Notes: generated by a model not told the origin, from the sequence alone. A DNA stretch of 64,000 nucleotides from a bacterium (GCA_965261595.1 CBDHDG010000005.1:544001-608000), one strand, 5' to 3'; positions 40,410-51,394 are shown, counted from the first letter of the stretch. Made by a program: numbers and translations.

Positions 40410-41623
40410 GACCCCACCAGCTTTGCGATGACCTCCGCCGCCCGTTCGAAGCACCCCTTGCCCCCGGCGCGCGGTTCTCCGAGGGAGCGGCGGATGTCCC
40501 GGAGTCTACGCTGGACGTGGCCCCTTCTGGAGTCGTCCTCGATGAGACGTCTGATCTCGCGGGCCAAGCGCTCGGGTCTCACCCGGTCCTGGACGAGCTC
40601 CGGAAAAAGTTCTTCTCCGGCCAGGATGTTGACGAGCCCGATGTAATACCGCTCCGGGGGAAGGTTCGACATCCACCGGACAATCGGAAACGATAAGGGG
40701 TGGAACCGGTAAGCCAGGACCGAGGGCGTTCCCAGCAGCCCCGCTTCCAGGATGGCGGTTCCGGACGCCACCATGGCCGCGTCGGCGGCCCGCAGGACGT
40801 CCCGGGCTCCCCCCCCCCCCTCTCCCCCCCGGACCGGATGGACGCCGGCACGCTCCGCCTGCCGGGCGATCGGCTCCCAGGCCAGGGTGTCCGCGATGGG
40901 CAGAAGGAAGCGCGCGCGGGGATGGGACGCCCGGAGAATCCGGGCCGCGTCCAGCATGGGGGGGAGGAGGCCGGACACCTCTCCCCCCCGGCTCCCCGGG
41001 AGGATTCCCACCACCGGACCGCCCGGGTCGGCTTCCAGGCCGAGCCGTTTCCGGGCCGCTTGGAGGTGTTCGGCGGCGCCTCCCTCCCTCCCTCCCCCCC
41101 CCGGCCCCGGCGCGAGGTCCGCGGCGAGGGCGTCGGCGATGGGGTTGCCGACGAACTCCGCGCGGATGCCGAGCCGGCCGAAGAACTCCGGCTCGAAGGG
41201 AAGGATGACGAGCAGCCGATCGATGGACCGGGCCATCCGCCGCGCGCGCCACCGGCCCCAGGCCCAGAGCTGCGGCGCGACGAATTGCACGGTTTTCACA
41301 CCCCGGGCATGAAGTCTCCCGGCCAGGCGCAGGTTGAAGCCGGGATAGTCGATGAGGATCGCGGCGCGGATGTTTCGGTCGCGCACTTCCCGGAGGATCC
41401 GGGCCTCGACCCGGAACAGGGCGGGCAGACGCCTTGCCACCTCGACAATCCCGACGACTTCGAGGTCCTCGACGCCGGCCCATGTCTCCACGCCGGCGGC
41501 CCTCATGTCGGGGCCGGTGACCCCGAAAAGTCTCAGGTTCGGCAGCCGGTCCCGGAGGGCGGCCGCGAGGCCCCCCCCCAGGGCGTCCCCCGAGGCCTCC
41601 CCCGCCACGATCAGGAGTTCAAT
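40406..41623 (-). CDS. lpxB: Lipid-A-disaccharide synthase
   Basis: AGEASGD, IDYPGFN, PQLWAW, LPGSR, ASGT, ELVQ; start ambiguous (ATT 41623 or GTG 41608). Confidence 0.95.
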   Translation of the reverse strand: MELLIVAGEASGDALGGGLAAALRDRLPNLRLFGVTGPDMRAAGVETWAGVEDLEVVGIVEVARRLPALFRVEARILREVRDRNIRAAILIDYPGFNLRLAGRLHARGVKTVQFVAPQLWAWGRWRARRMARSIDRLLVILPFEPEFFGRLGIRAEFVGNPIADALAADLAPGPGGGGREGGAAEHLQAARKRLGLEADPGGPVVGILPGSRGGEVSGLLPPMLDAARILRASHPRARFLLPIADTLAWEPIARQAERAGVHPVRGGEGGGGARDVLRAADAAMVASGTAILEAGLLGTPSVLAYRFHPLSFPIVRWMSNLPPERYYIGLVNILAGEELFPELVQDRVRPERLAREIRRLIEDDSRRGHVQRRLRDIRRSLGEPRAGGKGCFERAAEVIAKLVGS

Positions 41624-42464
41624 GATCGGTCTCCCTTTTCTTTTCTTCTCCCATGGAGAACACGGCGATCTTCCAGCGGCGGGCTTCTTCCAGAAAGGCC
41701 TGTCCGGCGACGATCATTGTGCGTTCGGCCTCGATGCCCAGGGCGGTTCCGCCGCCTTCGCCCAGGGCGCGCAGCGTCTCTTCGCCCACGACCGGCACGT
41801 CGAACCGCGGGTCCTGCCGAGGCTTCGCCACCTTGACGGCGACGGCTCCCCGGCGCGCGATGGCGCACCCCCTGCGGATGGTTTCATCCGTGCCTTCGAT
41901 GGCTTCGACCGCGAGGACCGCCCGATTGCGGACGACCACCGTCTGGCCCAGGTCCAGCGCCGCCACGCCCTTGGCCATGCCGAACCCGAACTCGAGGTCC
42001 TCGCGCTCCCGCTTCGTCGGCGGCCGGCGCGAGAGGACGCCCGGCCGGGCGAAGAGGTCGTCCAGGAATTCCTTCTGGGGAAGTACGTGAAAGCCCTCCG
42101 ATTCCATTTCTTCGATGACGGCCAACATGATGGAGTCGTCGCGCCGGTCCTTCAGGCGGCGGAGCACCCGAACGGCCCGCAGGTCGAGCCGGGGGTTTCG
42201 GAACAACCACCGTTTTTCCACCTTCCCGGCGAAGACCACTTCGCGCACCCCTTCCCGGTGCAGGAACCGGAAGATCTTGTTGGGCTGGCCGGGGCCGCAC
42301 CGAAGCAGGGAGGCCGAGAGGGGTGTGAGGGCTTTTTCGACGGGGGAGGAAAAGGTGACGGTGACAGGTTCCAGCCCCCGGGCGCCGGCGTTGCGGGCCA
42401 CGAGCTCGGGCAACTCTCCCTCGCCGGCCATAATACCCAGGCGCTTCCATTCCGGCGGGCTCAC
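41619..42464 (-). CDS. lpxI: UDP-2,3-diacylglucosamine diphosphatase LpxI
   Basis: LGIMAGEGELP, DLGQTVVV, AVEAIEGTD, KPRQDPRFDVPVVG. Confidence 0.92.
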   Translation of the reverse strand: MSPPEWKRLGIMAGEGELPELVARNAGARGLEPVTVTFSSPVEKALTPLSASLLRCGPGQPNKIFRFLHREGVREVVFAGKVEKRWLFRNPRLDLRAVRVLRRLKDRRDDSIMLAVIEEMESEGFHVLPQKEFLDDLFARPGVLSRRPPTKREREDLEFGFGMAKGVAALDLGQTVVVRNRAVLAVEAIEGTDETIRRGCAIARRGAVAVKVAKPRQDPRFDVPVVGEETLRALGEGGGTALGIEAERTMIVAGQAFLEEARRWKIAVFSMGEEKKRETDH

Positions 42465-42480
42465 CGGCCGATCCGGTTCT

Positions 42481-43482
42481 TCATGACGGCCTCGGAGGGG
42501 AGGACTCGCCATGAATCTGAGAGAGGATCTCTACGGCGAGCCGCAGGGATCGCAGGTCCTTTTCGGCGTCTTTCAACCGGCTGGGGTCCGCGCCGTTGGC
42601 GGCGGTGCGCAGGAGGTGGCGGATTTCCAATTTCAGCGGGTTGTCTTTGTGAACGAAGATCCGCTCGATGAAGGCCTCCTGGCGGTATCGGAGTTGTTCC
42701 TGGGTGAGGGTGTGCTCGGACGCGGCGCGGCGATGGACCTGGATGTTCTGCTCCGCGTAGTCCAGGAAGATGTACGTCTTCCTTTGTGTGACGGCCAGGG
42801 TTCGCACTTTGTCTTGTGTCGCGCGGCTGGCGGTCAGGTGGGCGACGCAGTGGTTCTCGAAGGTGAGCGATACGCTGGCGATGTCTTCCCGGTCGGAGTG
42901 GACGCTTGTGCCGACGGCGTAGCAGGTCTTCACGGGGGAATTGACCAGGCTGAGGACGATGTCCAAATCGTGAATCATCAGGTCCAGGATCACTCCGTCT
43001 TCCTGCACCCTGGGTTGGAACGGTCCCATGCGCCGGCATTCGATGAGGAGGGGGTCGCGGACGAACTTGTGCAACTCCTGGACCGCTCCGTTGAACCGCT
43101 CGACATGACCGATTTGAAGGGTCCGGCCGTTTTCCCGGGCGATGCGGAACAGGTCCTCGGCCTCCTCGATGGAAGAGGCTACGGGTTTTTCAACGAGGAC
43201 GTCTGTTCCGGCCTCCAGGAAATCGCGGGCGACGGGGTAGTGCTGGGCGGTCGGGACCGCGATGCTGACGGCGTCCACCCGGCCGAGCATCTCCCGGTAA
43301 TCCCGCAGGGACTGTGTGTCATATTGCTCGGCGATGGCGCGGGACCGGACGTCGTCCACGTCCGCGACCGCCACGAGCTCGGTCTCGGGAAGCTCGTGGT
43401 AGACGCCCGCGTGGTACCGGCCCATGTGGCCCACACCGACGACGCCCACCCGGATCGTTTTGGAGGAAGGATTTTTTTTCAT
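42481..43482 (-). CDS. Gfo/Idh/MocA oxidoreductase (GnnA-like by position)
   Basis: VGVGHMG, AVPT..H, EKP, GHVERFN, DLMIHD; lies between lpxA and lpxI. Confidence 0.85.
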   Translation of the reverse strand: MKKNPSSKTIRVGVVGVGHMGRYHAGVYHELPETELVAVADVDDVRSRAIAEQYDTQSLRDYREMLGRVDAVSIAVPTAQHYPVARDFLEAGTDVLVEKPVASSIEEAEDLFRIARENGRTLQIGHVERFNGAVQELHKFVRDPLLIECRRMGPFQPRVQEDGVILDLMIHDLDIVLSLVNSPVKTCYAVGTSVHSDREDIASVSLTFENHCVAHLTASRATQDKVRTLAVTQRKTYIFLDYAEQNIQVHRRAASEHTLTQEQLRYRQEAFIERIFVHKDNPLKLEIRHLLRTAANGADPSRLKDAEKDLRSLRLAVEILSQIHGESSPPRPS

Positions 43483-43499
43483 GACGCCTCAGGCGCGGC

Positions 43500-44276
43500 T
43501 CAGCGGTAAAAACCTCGTTTGGACTTCTCGATGAAGTCCGCCAGGTGAACGGCTTCCGGGACGTCTCCGTGGTCTTCGCGGATCCGCCTCACGGCTTGCT
43601 CGGTGCTCGCCTCTTCCTTCAGAAGCAGCTTCAGGACGTTCTTCAGCGTCTTGCGGACTTGGGGAGGCGCCTTTTGCCGCCTGAGCCCCTCGACGTTGAG
43701 ACCCCGAACCCTCGGGGGATGGCCCTCCACAATGGTGTAGGGCAGAATATCCTTGCGGACAGGCGAGAGCGTGCCGATCAGGGACAGCCTGCCGATCCGC
43801 ACAAACTGGTGCACGGGCACCAGGGCGGAGATGAAGGCCCCCTCCTCCACGAGAAGATGACCCCCCAGGTTCGCCGCGTTCACCACAACGACCCGGTTTT
43901 CGAGAACACAGTCATGGCCCACGTGGGAGTAGGCCATGAGGTAGCAGTCGTCGCCGACGAGCGTCTCCCCGTCCGCCTCCTCGCTTCGGTGGACGGTGAC
44001 GTACTCCCTCACCACCGTGCGCTTGCCGATCCGGACCGAGGAACGGTGGCCCTGGTCTCCCAGGGACTGGGGCGCGCCCCCGATCACGGCGCCGGGGCCG
44101 ATGGTGCATCCTTCCCCCACGGTCGTCCAGTTTTCAATGACGGCGTGGGCGCTGACTTTCGTTCCGGCGCCGAGAATGACCTTCTCCCCCACGACGGCGT
44201 ACGGTCCAATCCCGGCATCGGGCGCGATCTCGGCGTCGGCGGAGACGATCGCGGTCGGGTGGACAGCTCCGCTCAA
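43500..44276 (-). CDS. lpxA: Acyl-ACP--UDP-GlcNAc acyltransferase
   Basis: VHPTAIV, hexapeptide repeats, MAYSHVGHDC, VHQFVRIG, GLNVEGLRR. Confidence 0.95.
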   Translation of the reverse strand: MSGAVHPTAIVSADAEIAPDAGIGPYAVVGEKVILGAGTKVSAHAVIENWTTVGEGCTIGPGAVIGGAPQSLGDQGHRSSVRIGKRTVVREYVTVHRSEEADGETLVGDDCYLMAYSHVGHDCVLENRVVVVNAANLGGHLLVEEGAFISALVPVHQFVRIGRLSLIGTLSPVRKDILPYTIVEGHPPRVRGLNVEGLRRQKAPPQVRKTLKNVLKLLLKEEASTEQAVRRIREDHGDVPEAVHLADFIEKSKRGFYR

Positions 44277-44734
44277 GGGGCCCGGGTCCCCATGGTGGCC
44301 TGGGCCTCCCCTTCCGCCACACGTTTCCCGTCGACGGTCCCCGTGCCGCTGAACCACCAGATGGGGCACCGAGCCCGCAACAGCCGCGCCTCCATCAAGA
44401 GCTGATCGCCGGGAACAACGGGCTGGCGGAAGCGCACCTTCTCGAGGCGCGTGAAGATGGGGATGATTTCCGCCGCGTTGTCCAACGAATCCAGGACCAG
44501 GATGGCGGCCATCTGAACCATGGCCTCGACGAGCAGAACCCCGGGCATGATGGGTTGCCCGGGAAAGTGTCCGTCGAAGAAGGGCTCATTGCGGGTGATG
44601 TTTTTCAGGCCGACGATCCGCTCGCCCGGCTCGTGTTCCACAATCCGGTCGACGAAGAGGAAGGGGTAGCGATGAGGCAAAAGGGCGATCAATCTTTTCG
44701 AGGTCTCAGCGTCGATGACTTTCGCGGAGCTCAT
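44273..44734 (-). CDS. fabZ: 3-hydroxyacyl-ACP dehydratase
   Basis: LPHRYPFLFVD, FDGHFP, MPGVLLVEAM, FRQPVVPGD. Confidence 0.96.
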   Translation of the reverse strand: MSSAKVIDAETSKRLIALLPHRYPFLFVDRIVEHEPGERIVGLKNITRNEPFFDGHFPGQPIMPGVLLVEAMVQMAAILVLDSLDNAAEIIPIFTRLEKVRFRQPVVPGDQLLMEARLLRARCPIWWFSGTGTVDGKRVAEGEAQATMGTRAP

Positions 44735-45792
44735 GGGCTTTCCCTGCAGCGGCTCTTCTCGATGGCTGACAGCCGTTTCTGGTGGTCCGCAATGGTTTTC
44801 AGGGCCTCCGGGACCCGGCCGAGACTGACTTCCAGCCGGCCGTGCTCGTATGCCGGGCGGGGTATCCGCGCCGACGCCCAGAGGGTTCTGGGTTCCACGT
44901 CGCGGTTCACGAGGGTCATGGCCGTCAGAATCGCCCGGTCGCCTACGTGAACGTGGTCCCCGACGCCCGCCCGGGCCGCGAGGGTGGCGCCCTCGCCGAG
45001 GCTGGAGCTTCCCGCCATCCCGGATTGGCCGAGCAACAGACAATTTTCGCCGATCCGGACGTTGTGCGCCACCTGGACGAGGTTGTCGATTTTCGTCCCC
45101 CGTCCGATCCGGGTCTCCCCCAGGGTCGCCCGATCCACGGCGGCGTTGGCGCCGATCTCGACGTCGCTTTCGACGATGACCCGTCCAATGTGGGGGATCT
45201 TGCGATGCGTTCCATCCTCCCGCCGGACGTAACCGTAGCCGTCGCCGCCCAAGGTCGCCCCGCTGTGGATGACGACCCGGTCTCCGACTTCGACGTCCCG
45301 GTAGATGGACACGTTGGCGTGAATCACACTCTGCCGGCCGATGCGGCTTCCGCGCCCGACATAGACGTTCGGATAGAGAACCGTCTGATCCCCGATCCGG
45401 ACGTTATCGTCGAGGACCACGCCGGGCAGCAGGCAGACCCCCCGGCCCAACTCGACGTTCCGGCCGATGTGGGCTTTTTCGTGGATGCCCGGCGGAGGAA
45501 GCTCCCCGGGATGAAAATGCTCCAGAAGCTCCGCGAGGGCCAGGCGGGCGTCTCGCACCCGGACGGCGGGTTTGCCCACTTCCCAGGGGCCACCTACGAC
45601 GACGGCCGCCGCCGGAGAGGATTCCAGGTCCCGGAGCCGGCGCTTGTCGGCGAGAAAGACGATATCCTCCGCCCCCGCTTCGGCGGGCTCGGCAACGCCC
45701 CCGATGAGCAGGTCCGGGTCTCCTTCGAGGGCCCCGCCCAACCGGTCCGCGATCTCCGCCAGACGCAGAGGGGGTGGGGATGCGGGATTCAT
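44731..45792 (-). CDS. lpxD: UDP-3-O-acylglucosamine N-acyltransferase
   Basis: Hexapeptide repeats, GDGYGY, KIPHIG, TKIDNLVQVAHN. Confidence 0.95.
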   Translation of the reverse strand: MNPASPPPLRLAEIADRLGGALEGDPDLLIGGVAEPAEAGAEDIVFLADKRRLRDLESSPAAAVVVGGPWEVGKPAVRVRDARLALAELLEHFHPGELPPPGIHEKAHIGRNVELGRGVCLLPGVVLDDNVRIGDQTVLYPNVYVGRGSRIGRQSVIHANVSIYRDVEVGDRVVIHSGATLGGDGYGYVRREDGTHRKIPHIGRVIVESDVEIGANAAVDRATLGETRIGRGTKIDNLVQVAHNVRIGENCLLLGQSGMAGSSSLGEGATLAARAGVGDHVHVGDRAILTAMTLVNRDVEPRTLWASARIPRPAYEHGRLEVSLGRVPEALKTIADHQKRLSAIEKSRCRESP

Positions 45793-46415
45793 CTCTTGGC
45801 TTGGTTGTACGTGCGGATCACTTTATCGGTGAGGTCGATCTTCCGGCTGTCAAAGAAAAGAATTCGGGACCGCTCGAGGATGATGGTGAACTTCTCTTTC
45901 TTCCCGATTCGGTTGACCACGTCCCGAATTTCTCGCTGAACCTTGGAGGTCGCCCGTCTTCTTTTCCGGTTGAAATCGGCTTCGACCTCTCTGCGGAATC
46001 GGACCAGCGAATCCCGATTCCGCGTGAATTCTCTCTGCTTCTGCCGGAATTCCTCCTCCTTCTGCTGCCGGACTTCTTCGCTGTACAGAAGGCTCTTCTG
46101 CCGGATGTCCTGCTGCAATTCTCTGAGGGCCTGCTCCTGGCGCGCGAGGCTCTGGGTTTTGACGATCATCTGATCCTGGAATTGTTTGGAGGTCCCCTGC
46201 AAGGCGACGAGGGCGGTCTTGCCCGGCTCCGATTCGCGCAGGACGCGCCCCATGTCCACGACGCCGAATTTACCCTGGGCGGAGGCCGCCCCGGCCCACG
46301 TCCAGAGCAAGACGCCCGCAAGGAACAGGAGCCCGGCCCACAGCCGGATGGCCCGCGGCCGGACCTTTGACGCCTGATGGTTCATGGTTTGCGCCGCTTC
46401 CTCTTTTGGACCCAT
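45789..46415 (-). CDS. skp: Periplasmic chaperone Skp/OmpH
   Basis: Signal peptide, KFGVVDM, long coiled coil, IDLTDKVI; lies between bamA and lpxD. Confidence 0.88.
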   Translation of the reverse strand: MGPKEEAAQTMNHQASKVRPRAIRLWAGLLFLAGVLLWTWAGAASAQGKFGVVDMGRVLRESEPGKTALVALQGTSKQFQDQMIVKTQSLARQEQALRELQQDIRQKSLLYSEEVRQQKEEEFRQKQREFTRNRDSLVRFRREVEADFNRKRRRATSKVQREIRDVVNRIGKKEKFTIILERSRILFFDSRKIDLTDKVIRTYNQAKR

Positions 46416-46472
46416 TCGCCGTTCCCTTCCCGGTCCGCTGTTCGAGATTGAACGGTCCGGATGAATTGTCTT

Positions 46473-48794
46473 TTAGAAGGTGCGTCCGATGGTGAAGTGG
46501 AACTCGCTTAAGGATTCCCCCTCCTGCCGGTCGAGTTTGACGCCCCAGTCCATGGCGATGAGACCCAGGGGGGAGAGGATTCGCAGGCCGCCTCCGGCGC
46601 TGGACCGAAGGTCCCTCAAGTTGAATACGTTGTCATTGCTCTTTCGGTAGACCTGCCCGGTGTCGTAGAAGATCACCGCCCGGAGCCCCGCAACGAAGGG
46701 GAACTGGAGCTCGACGTTGACCAGCACCGAGGCGTTCCCGCCGATGGCGTTGCCATTTCCGTCTTTGGGGCCCACCTCGCGAAAGTCGAAGCCGCGCACG
46801 GTCCGGGCGCCCCCCAGGAAAGCCCGTTCGAAGATGGGCAGGTCCTGTCCGCTGAACCCATCGGCCCAGCTCACCCGTCCCCGTCCCATGAGGATCACCC
46901 GTTTTTTGAAAAAGGGGTAGTAATGGCGGTGCTCGCCCGACACGGCGTAGAAGTCGTTGTCCCCGCCGAGGATGCCGCTGGCGACCCGGGAAGAAAATCG
47001 GCTCAACCCCCCTTTGGTCGGGCGAATGCGGTTGTCGCGGCGGTCTCGGCTGAGGGAGGGGGTGATGCTGCTGGTGGCCGATCGCCCCTCCTGCTCCTGG
47101 ATGAAGTTGGTGGCCTCGGAAGAGATGTTGAAGACGTCGTTCTCTTCGTACTGGTAGACCATGCGGGCAAAGATGTGCTCCGCCACCCAGCGCCCGGTGC
47201 CGATATTTCCACCGACGCGGTCCCGTTCGAAGTTGGAGAACTCGTCGTTTTGGAGAAAAACGCTCGTGCTCAAGTTGAAGTTCGAGTCCAGGATATGGGG
47301 CTCGATGAAGATCACCGTGCCGGTGGTGTCCAGGTCGGACCTGCGGAGGCGCAGAGACAGGGTCTGCCCCCGGCCGAACAGGTTCTGCTCGCGGACCTCG
47401 CCGAACAGCAGAAAGCCCGACTGGCTGCTGAATCCCGTCCCGCCGCTGATGGAGCCCGTCGGCTTCTCCTTGAGGCTGACCTCCACGTCCAGCAGATCCG
47501 GTCTGGCCCCCCGCTTGGTCTCAATCTTGACCTCTTCGAAAAATCCGAGGTTTCTCAGCCGCTTGCGCGTGAGCTTAAGCTTCTCCCCGTCAAAGAGCGA
47601 ACCCTCCAGCAGGGCCACTTCGCGCCGGATGACCTTGTCCCGGGTGAAATCGTTGCCCCTGATGATCACCCGCCCGATAAAGGCCCGACGGCCCTTTTGG
47701 GGGAGTATCCGCAACGTCACCAACTGCTTTTCGTCGAGGATCGTTGTTTCCGGGATGATGTCGGCGAAGGCGTGCCCTTTCTGGGCGTAGGCTTCCGTAA
47801 TCCCGACGATGTCTGAATTCAGCTTGGAGCGGTTGTACACATCGCCCTTTTTGAGGCTGATGCGCTTTCTCAAATCGTCCGCGCTGAAGACGTCATCCCC
47901 TTCCACGCTCACCTTCCCCACACGGTATTGTTTTCCTTCGAGGATGGAGATGACGAGGGTCAGGCTGTTTCCCTTTCGGTTTTCGCGAATGCTCGGCTCT
48001 TTGATCGAGACCCGGATGTAGCCGTGGTTCTGGTACCAAACCTGGAGGCGAACGAGATCGGTCCGGATTTGGTCCTCTTTATACACGTCCCCTCCGAACA
48101 GCCAGGACAGGATCCAGTGCTCCTGGGTTTCGATCACCTTCTTGAGCGCCCTCTCGGAGAAGGCCCGGTTGCCCTTGAAGTTGATTTTGCGGATGGTGAC
48201 TTTCTTGCCCTCGGTGATCCGGAACTCGACGTTGACCTGGTTGGCGCCGGTTTCCTCGACGATGGACTCGATTCGGGCGAAGTGGTAGCCCTCTTCCTGA
48301 TACAGGCCGCGGATGCTCTCCACGCTTTCCCGGACCGTCCCCCGATTGAGGATGGACTGCACCGTCACGGTCACCTTCTCCAGGATGTCATCGAGGTCGA
48401 CCTCCTTGTTTCCGACGATGCGCACACCGGCCACCGAGGGTTTTTCCTCCACGATGAAGACGATGCGCAACCCGCCTTCGAAGGGGGTCACGTCGATTTT
48501 GACGTCCCGGAAAAAGCCCAGGTCGTAAATCTTCTTGATGTCTTTGCGGAGTTTGGAGACGGAGAAACGGTCGCCGACACGGGTGGAGACGTAGAAGCGG
48601 ATCGTACCCTCTTCCACCCGGCGGTTGCCTTGGATCTCAATGTTTTTAATGGGCAGGCCGGGAGTCTGGGCCGGCGCGCTGGAGGACCACAGAAAAAAGA
48701 CCAGCGGTATCAACGCGAAGGCCAGCCACCCACCCCTCCCCTGTGAGGCTTTGGGTGAAAGGGGCGCGCATTTCTTCAACAACAATCGATCCAT
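46473..48794 (-). CDS. bamA: Outer membrane protein assembly factor BamA
   Basis: Five POTRA repeats, EQNLFGRG, VRGF, C-terminal FHFTIGRTF. Confidence 0.96.
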   Translation of the reverse strand: MDRLLLKKCAPLSPKASQGRGGWLAFALIPLVFFLWSSSAPAQTPGLPIKNIEIQGNRRVEEGTIRFYVSTRVGDRFSVSKLRKDIKKIYDLGFFRDVKIDVTPFEGGLRIVFIVEEKPSVAGVRIVGNKEVDLDDILEKVTVTVQSILNRGTVRESVESIRGLYQEEGYHFARIESIVEETGANQVNVEFRITEGKKVTIRKINFKGNRAFSERALKKVIETQEHWILSWLFGGDVYKEDQIRTDLVRLQVWYQNHGYIRVSIKEPSIRENRKGNSLTLVISILEGKQYRVGKVSVEGDDVFSADDLRKRISLKKGDVYNRSKLNSDIVGITEAYAQKGHAFADIIPETTILDEKQLVTLRILPQKGRRAFIGRVIIRGNDFTRDKVIRREVALLEGSLFDGEKLKLTRKRLRNLGFFEEVKIETKRGARPDLLDVEVSLKEKPTGSISGGTGFSSQSGFLLFGEVREQNLFGRGQTLSLRLRRSDLDTTGTVIFIEPHILDSNFNLSTSVFLQNDEFSNFERDRVGGNIGTGRWVAEHIFARMVYQYEENDVFNISSEATNFIQEQEGRSATSSITPSLSRDRRDNRIRPTKGGLSRFSSRVASGILGGDNDFYAVSGEHRHYYPFFKKRVILMGRGRVSWADGFSGQDLPIFERAFLGGARTVRGFDFREVGPKDGNGNAIGGNASVLVNVELQFPFVAGLRAVIFYDTGQVYRKSNDNVFNLRDLRSSAGGGLRILSPLGLIAMDWGVKLDRQEGESLSEFHFTIGRTF

Positions 48795-48943
48795 GAAATC
48801 CTTCGTGCGGGCTCGCGCGGATGGGGAAGATTCACGTTGATCTCTTCCGACGCAAGGGGCGTTGCGCCGCCCCCGCCCGATATTCAGCCCGGAGAGATTG
48901 TTGATCGAGCCAGGCGTCCGGCGCAATGGACGGCACGCCGCCC

Positions 48944-51394
48944 TCAGGCGTCCTGCAAATCGCTGACGAGTGCTTTATCCTCGAAGACGAACGCGTCGTT
49001 TTCGAACCGGACCCGGATGCTCCCCGCTTCCGAGAAGCGTCCTTTCAAGACCTCTTCGGACAAGGGATCCTCAATCTGGCTTTGAATGATCCGTTTCAGC
49101 TCCCGGGCGCCGTATACCGGGTCGTAGCCCAGCTCGGCCAGTTTTTCCTTGGCCCCCGAATCCAACTCGACGGACAGACCGCGCTCGATGAGCTGTTTGT
49201 TCAACTGGTCCATCATCAGGTCGACGATTTCCAGAATGTGCTCACGGGAGAGCGAGTGGAAGATGACTTCCGCGTCCAGGCGGTTGAGGAACTCCGGGTT
49301 GAACGTGCGCCGCGTCTCGGTGCGCATCGCGCCCTTCAACCGCGCGGCCAGGGCGTCCGAGTTTCCCGCTTCGTCTTCTTTGTGGAAACCCATCGAGGCA
49401 GACCGCGTGATGTCCCGGCTGCTGAGGTTGGACGTCATCACGAGGACGACATTGCGGAAGTCCACCCGCCGGCCGTAGCTGTCGGTGAGCTGACCTTCGT
49501 CCATGACCTGGAGCATGATGTGGAAAATGTCGGGATGGGCCTTCTCGATCTCGTCCAGCAGGACGACCGAATACGGCCGGCGCCGGACGCGCTCGGTCAA
49601 CTGGCCCCCCTCCTCGTAGCCCACGTAACCGGGAGGCGCTCCGGTGAGGCGCGACACGTTGAACCGCTCCATGTACTCGGACATGTCCACACGGATGAGG
49701 GCCTGCTCGTCTCCGAACAGGAACTCGGCCAGGGCGCGGCAAAGCTCGGTCTTGCCCACGCCGGTCGGTCCGAGCAGCAGGAACGAGCCGATGGGCCGTT
49801 TGGGGGACTTGAGACCGGCGCGCGAGCGCCGGATGGCCTTGGTCATCACGGAGATGGCCTCGTCCTGGCCCACGATGCGCCGGTGCAGCTCCTCCTCCAT
49901 GTGCAGCAGGCGCTGACTTTCGCTCTCTTCGATCTTCGACAAGGGGATGCCCGTCATGCGGGAGACGATGAAGGAAACGTCCTCGTCGGTGACGATCGTT
50001 TCCTCGTCCGTCTGGGCATCTTCCCACTCCTGCTTGCGCTCGTTGAGGCGCTCGCGGAGCTCCTCTTCCTGATCGCGCAGCTTGACGGCCTCCTCGAAGT
50101 TCTGCTCTTCGATGTGAGCCCGCTTTTCCCGGACGATCTCTGCCACCTTGCGCTGAAGGTCGCGGACCTCCTGGGGGTAGGTGACCTTGGCCAGCCGGAC
50201 CCGGGAGCCCGCTTCGTCGAGGACATCGATGGCCTTGTCGGGCAGGTAGCGGTCGGAGATGTACCGGTCGGACAGCCGGACGGACTCCAGCACGGCCTTC
50301 TCGGTGAACTTGGCCCGGTGGTGAGATTCATATTTGTGCTTCAGGCCCCGGAGGATCAGGATGGCTTCCTCCACCGTGGGAGGGTTCACCATGATGGGCT
50401 GGAAGCGGCGCTCCAGGGCGCCGTTTTTCTCGATGTATTTTCGGTATTCATCCAGGGTGGTGGCGCCGATGCACTGAAGCTCGCCCCGGGACAGGGCGGG
50501 CTTGAGCATGTTCGAGGCGTCGATGGAGCCCTCGGCGGCGCCCGCGCCGACCAGGGTGTGGAGCTCGTCGATAAAGATGATGACGTTTTCGGACTGGGTG
50601 ATCTCTTTCATGATGGCCTTGAGGCGGGCCTCGAACTGGCCGCGGTATTTCGTCCCGGCCACCAGGGCGCCCAGGTCCAGGGAGACGACCCGCTTCCCGT
50701 AGAGAACCTGGGGCACTTCTTGGGCGATGATGCGCTGGGCCAATCCTTCGACGATGGCGGTCTTGCCCACCCCCGGCTCGCCGATGAGGACGGGGTTGTT
50801 CTTCGTGCGCCGGCTGAGGATCTGGATGACCCGGTCGATCTCGTTGTCCCGGCCGATGACGGGGTCGAGCTTGTCCTCGACGGCCAGGTCTGTCAGGTCC
50901 CGCCCGAACTCGTCCAGCGAAGGCGTCTTGCTCTTTTCCTTCGGGCGTCTCGCCGTGGGCTCCCGCAGGAGGTTGAGGGTCTGTTCGCGTGTCTGCTGAA
51001 GCTTGATGCCGAGGGTGGAGAGGATCTTGGCCGCCAAACCGTCCTTTTCCCGGATGAGCCCGAGCAGAAGGTGTTCGGTGCCGATGTAGTTGTGGCCCAT
51101 CAGCCGGGCCTCTTCCACGGCGTACTCGAGGACCTTCTTGGCCTTGGGCGTGAAGGGGATGTCGCCCTCGACCGAGCTGGTCAGGCTCTTGGGCAGGTTC
51201 CGCTCCACCTCCACGCGGATCTGCTTGATGTCCTTGTCGACCTTCTGGAGAACGGCGATGGCGATGCCGCCGCCGTCCTTCAGGATGCCGAGCAGGATGT
51301 GCTCCGTGCCCAGGTATTCGTGCTGATAGCGTTCCGCCTCTTCCCGGGCGAGGATGATCACTTTTCGAGCGCGCTCAGTAAATCGTTTAAACAT
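48944..51394 (-). CDS. clpC: Clp protease ATPase subunit ClpC
   Basis: [13 protein letters not shown]-domain, [11 protein letters not shown] segment [20 protein letters not shown] ClpP-binding loop. Confidence 0.93.
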   Translation of the reverse strand: MFKRFTERARKVIILAREEAERYQHEYLGTEHILLGILKDGGGIAIAVLQKVDKDIKQIRVEVERNLPKSLTSSVEGDIPFTPKAKKVLEYAVEEARLMGHNYIGTEHLLLGLIREKDGLAAKILSTLGIKLQQTREQTLNLLREPTARRPKEKSKTPSLDEFGRDLTDLAVEDKLDPVIGRDNEIDRVIQILSRRTKNNPVLIGEPGVGKTAIVEGLAQRIIAQEVPQVLYGKRVVSLDLGALVAGTKYRGQFEARLKAIMKEITQSENVIIFIDELHTLVGAGAAEGSIDASNMLKPALSRGELQCIGATTLDEYRKYIEKNGALERRFQPIMVNPPTVEEAILILRGLKHKYESHHRAKFTEKAVLESVRLSDRYISDRYLPDKAIDVLDEAGSRVRLAKVTYPQEVRDLQRKVAEIVREKRAHIEEQNFEEAVKLRDQEEELRERLNERKQEWEDAQTDEETIVTDEDVSFIVSRMTGIPLSKIEESESQRLLHMEEELHRRIVGQDEAISVMTKAIRRSRAGLKSPKRPIGSFLLLGPTGVGKTELCRALAEFLFGDEQALIRVDMSEYMERFNVSRLTGAPPGYVGYEEGGQLTERVRRRPYSVVLLDEIEKAHPDIFHIMLQVMDEGQLTDSYGRRVDFRNVVLVMTSNLSSRDITRSASMGFHKEDEAGNSDALAARLKGAMRTETRRTFNPEFLNRLDAEVIFHSLSREHILEIVDLMMDQLNKQLIERGLSVELDSGAKEKLAELGYDPVYGARELKRIIQSQIEDPLSEEVLKGRFSEAGSIRVRFENDAFVFEDKALVSDLQDA

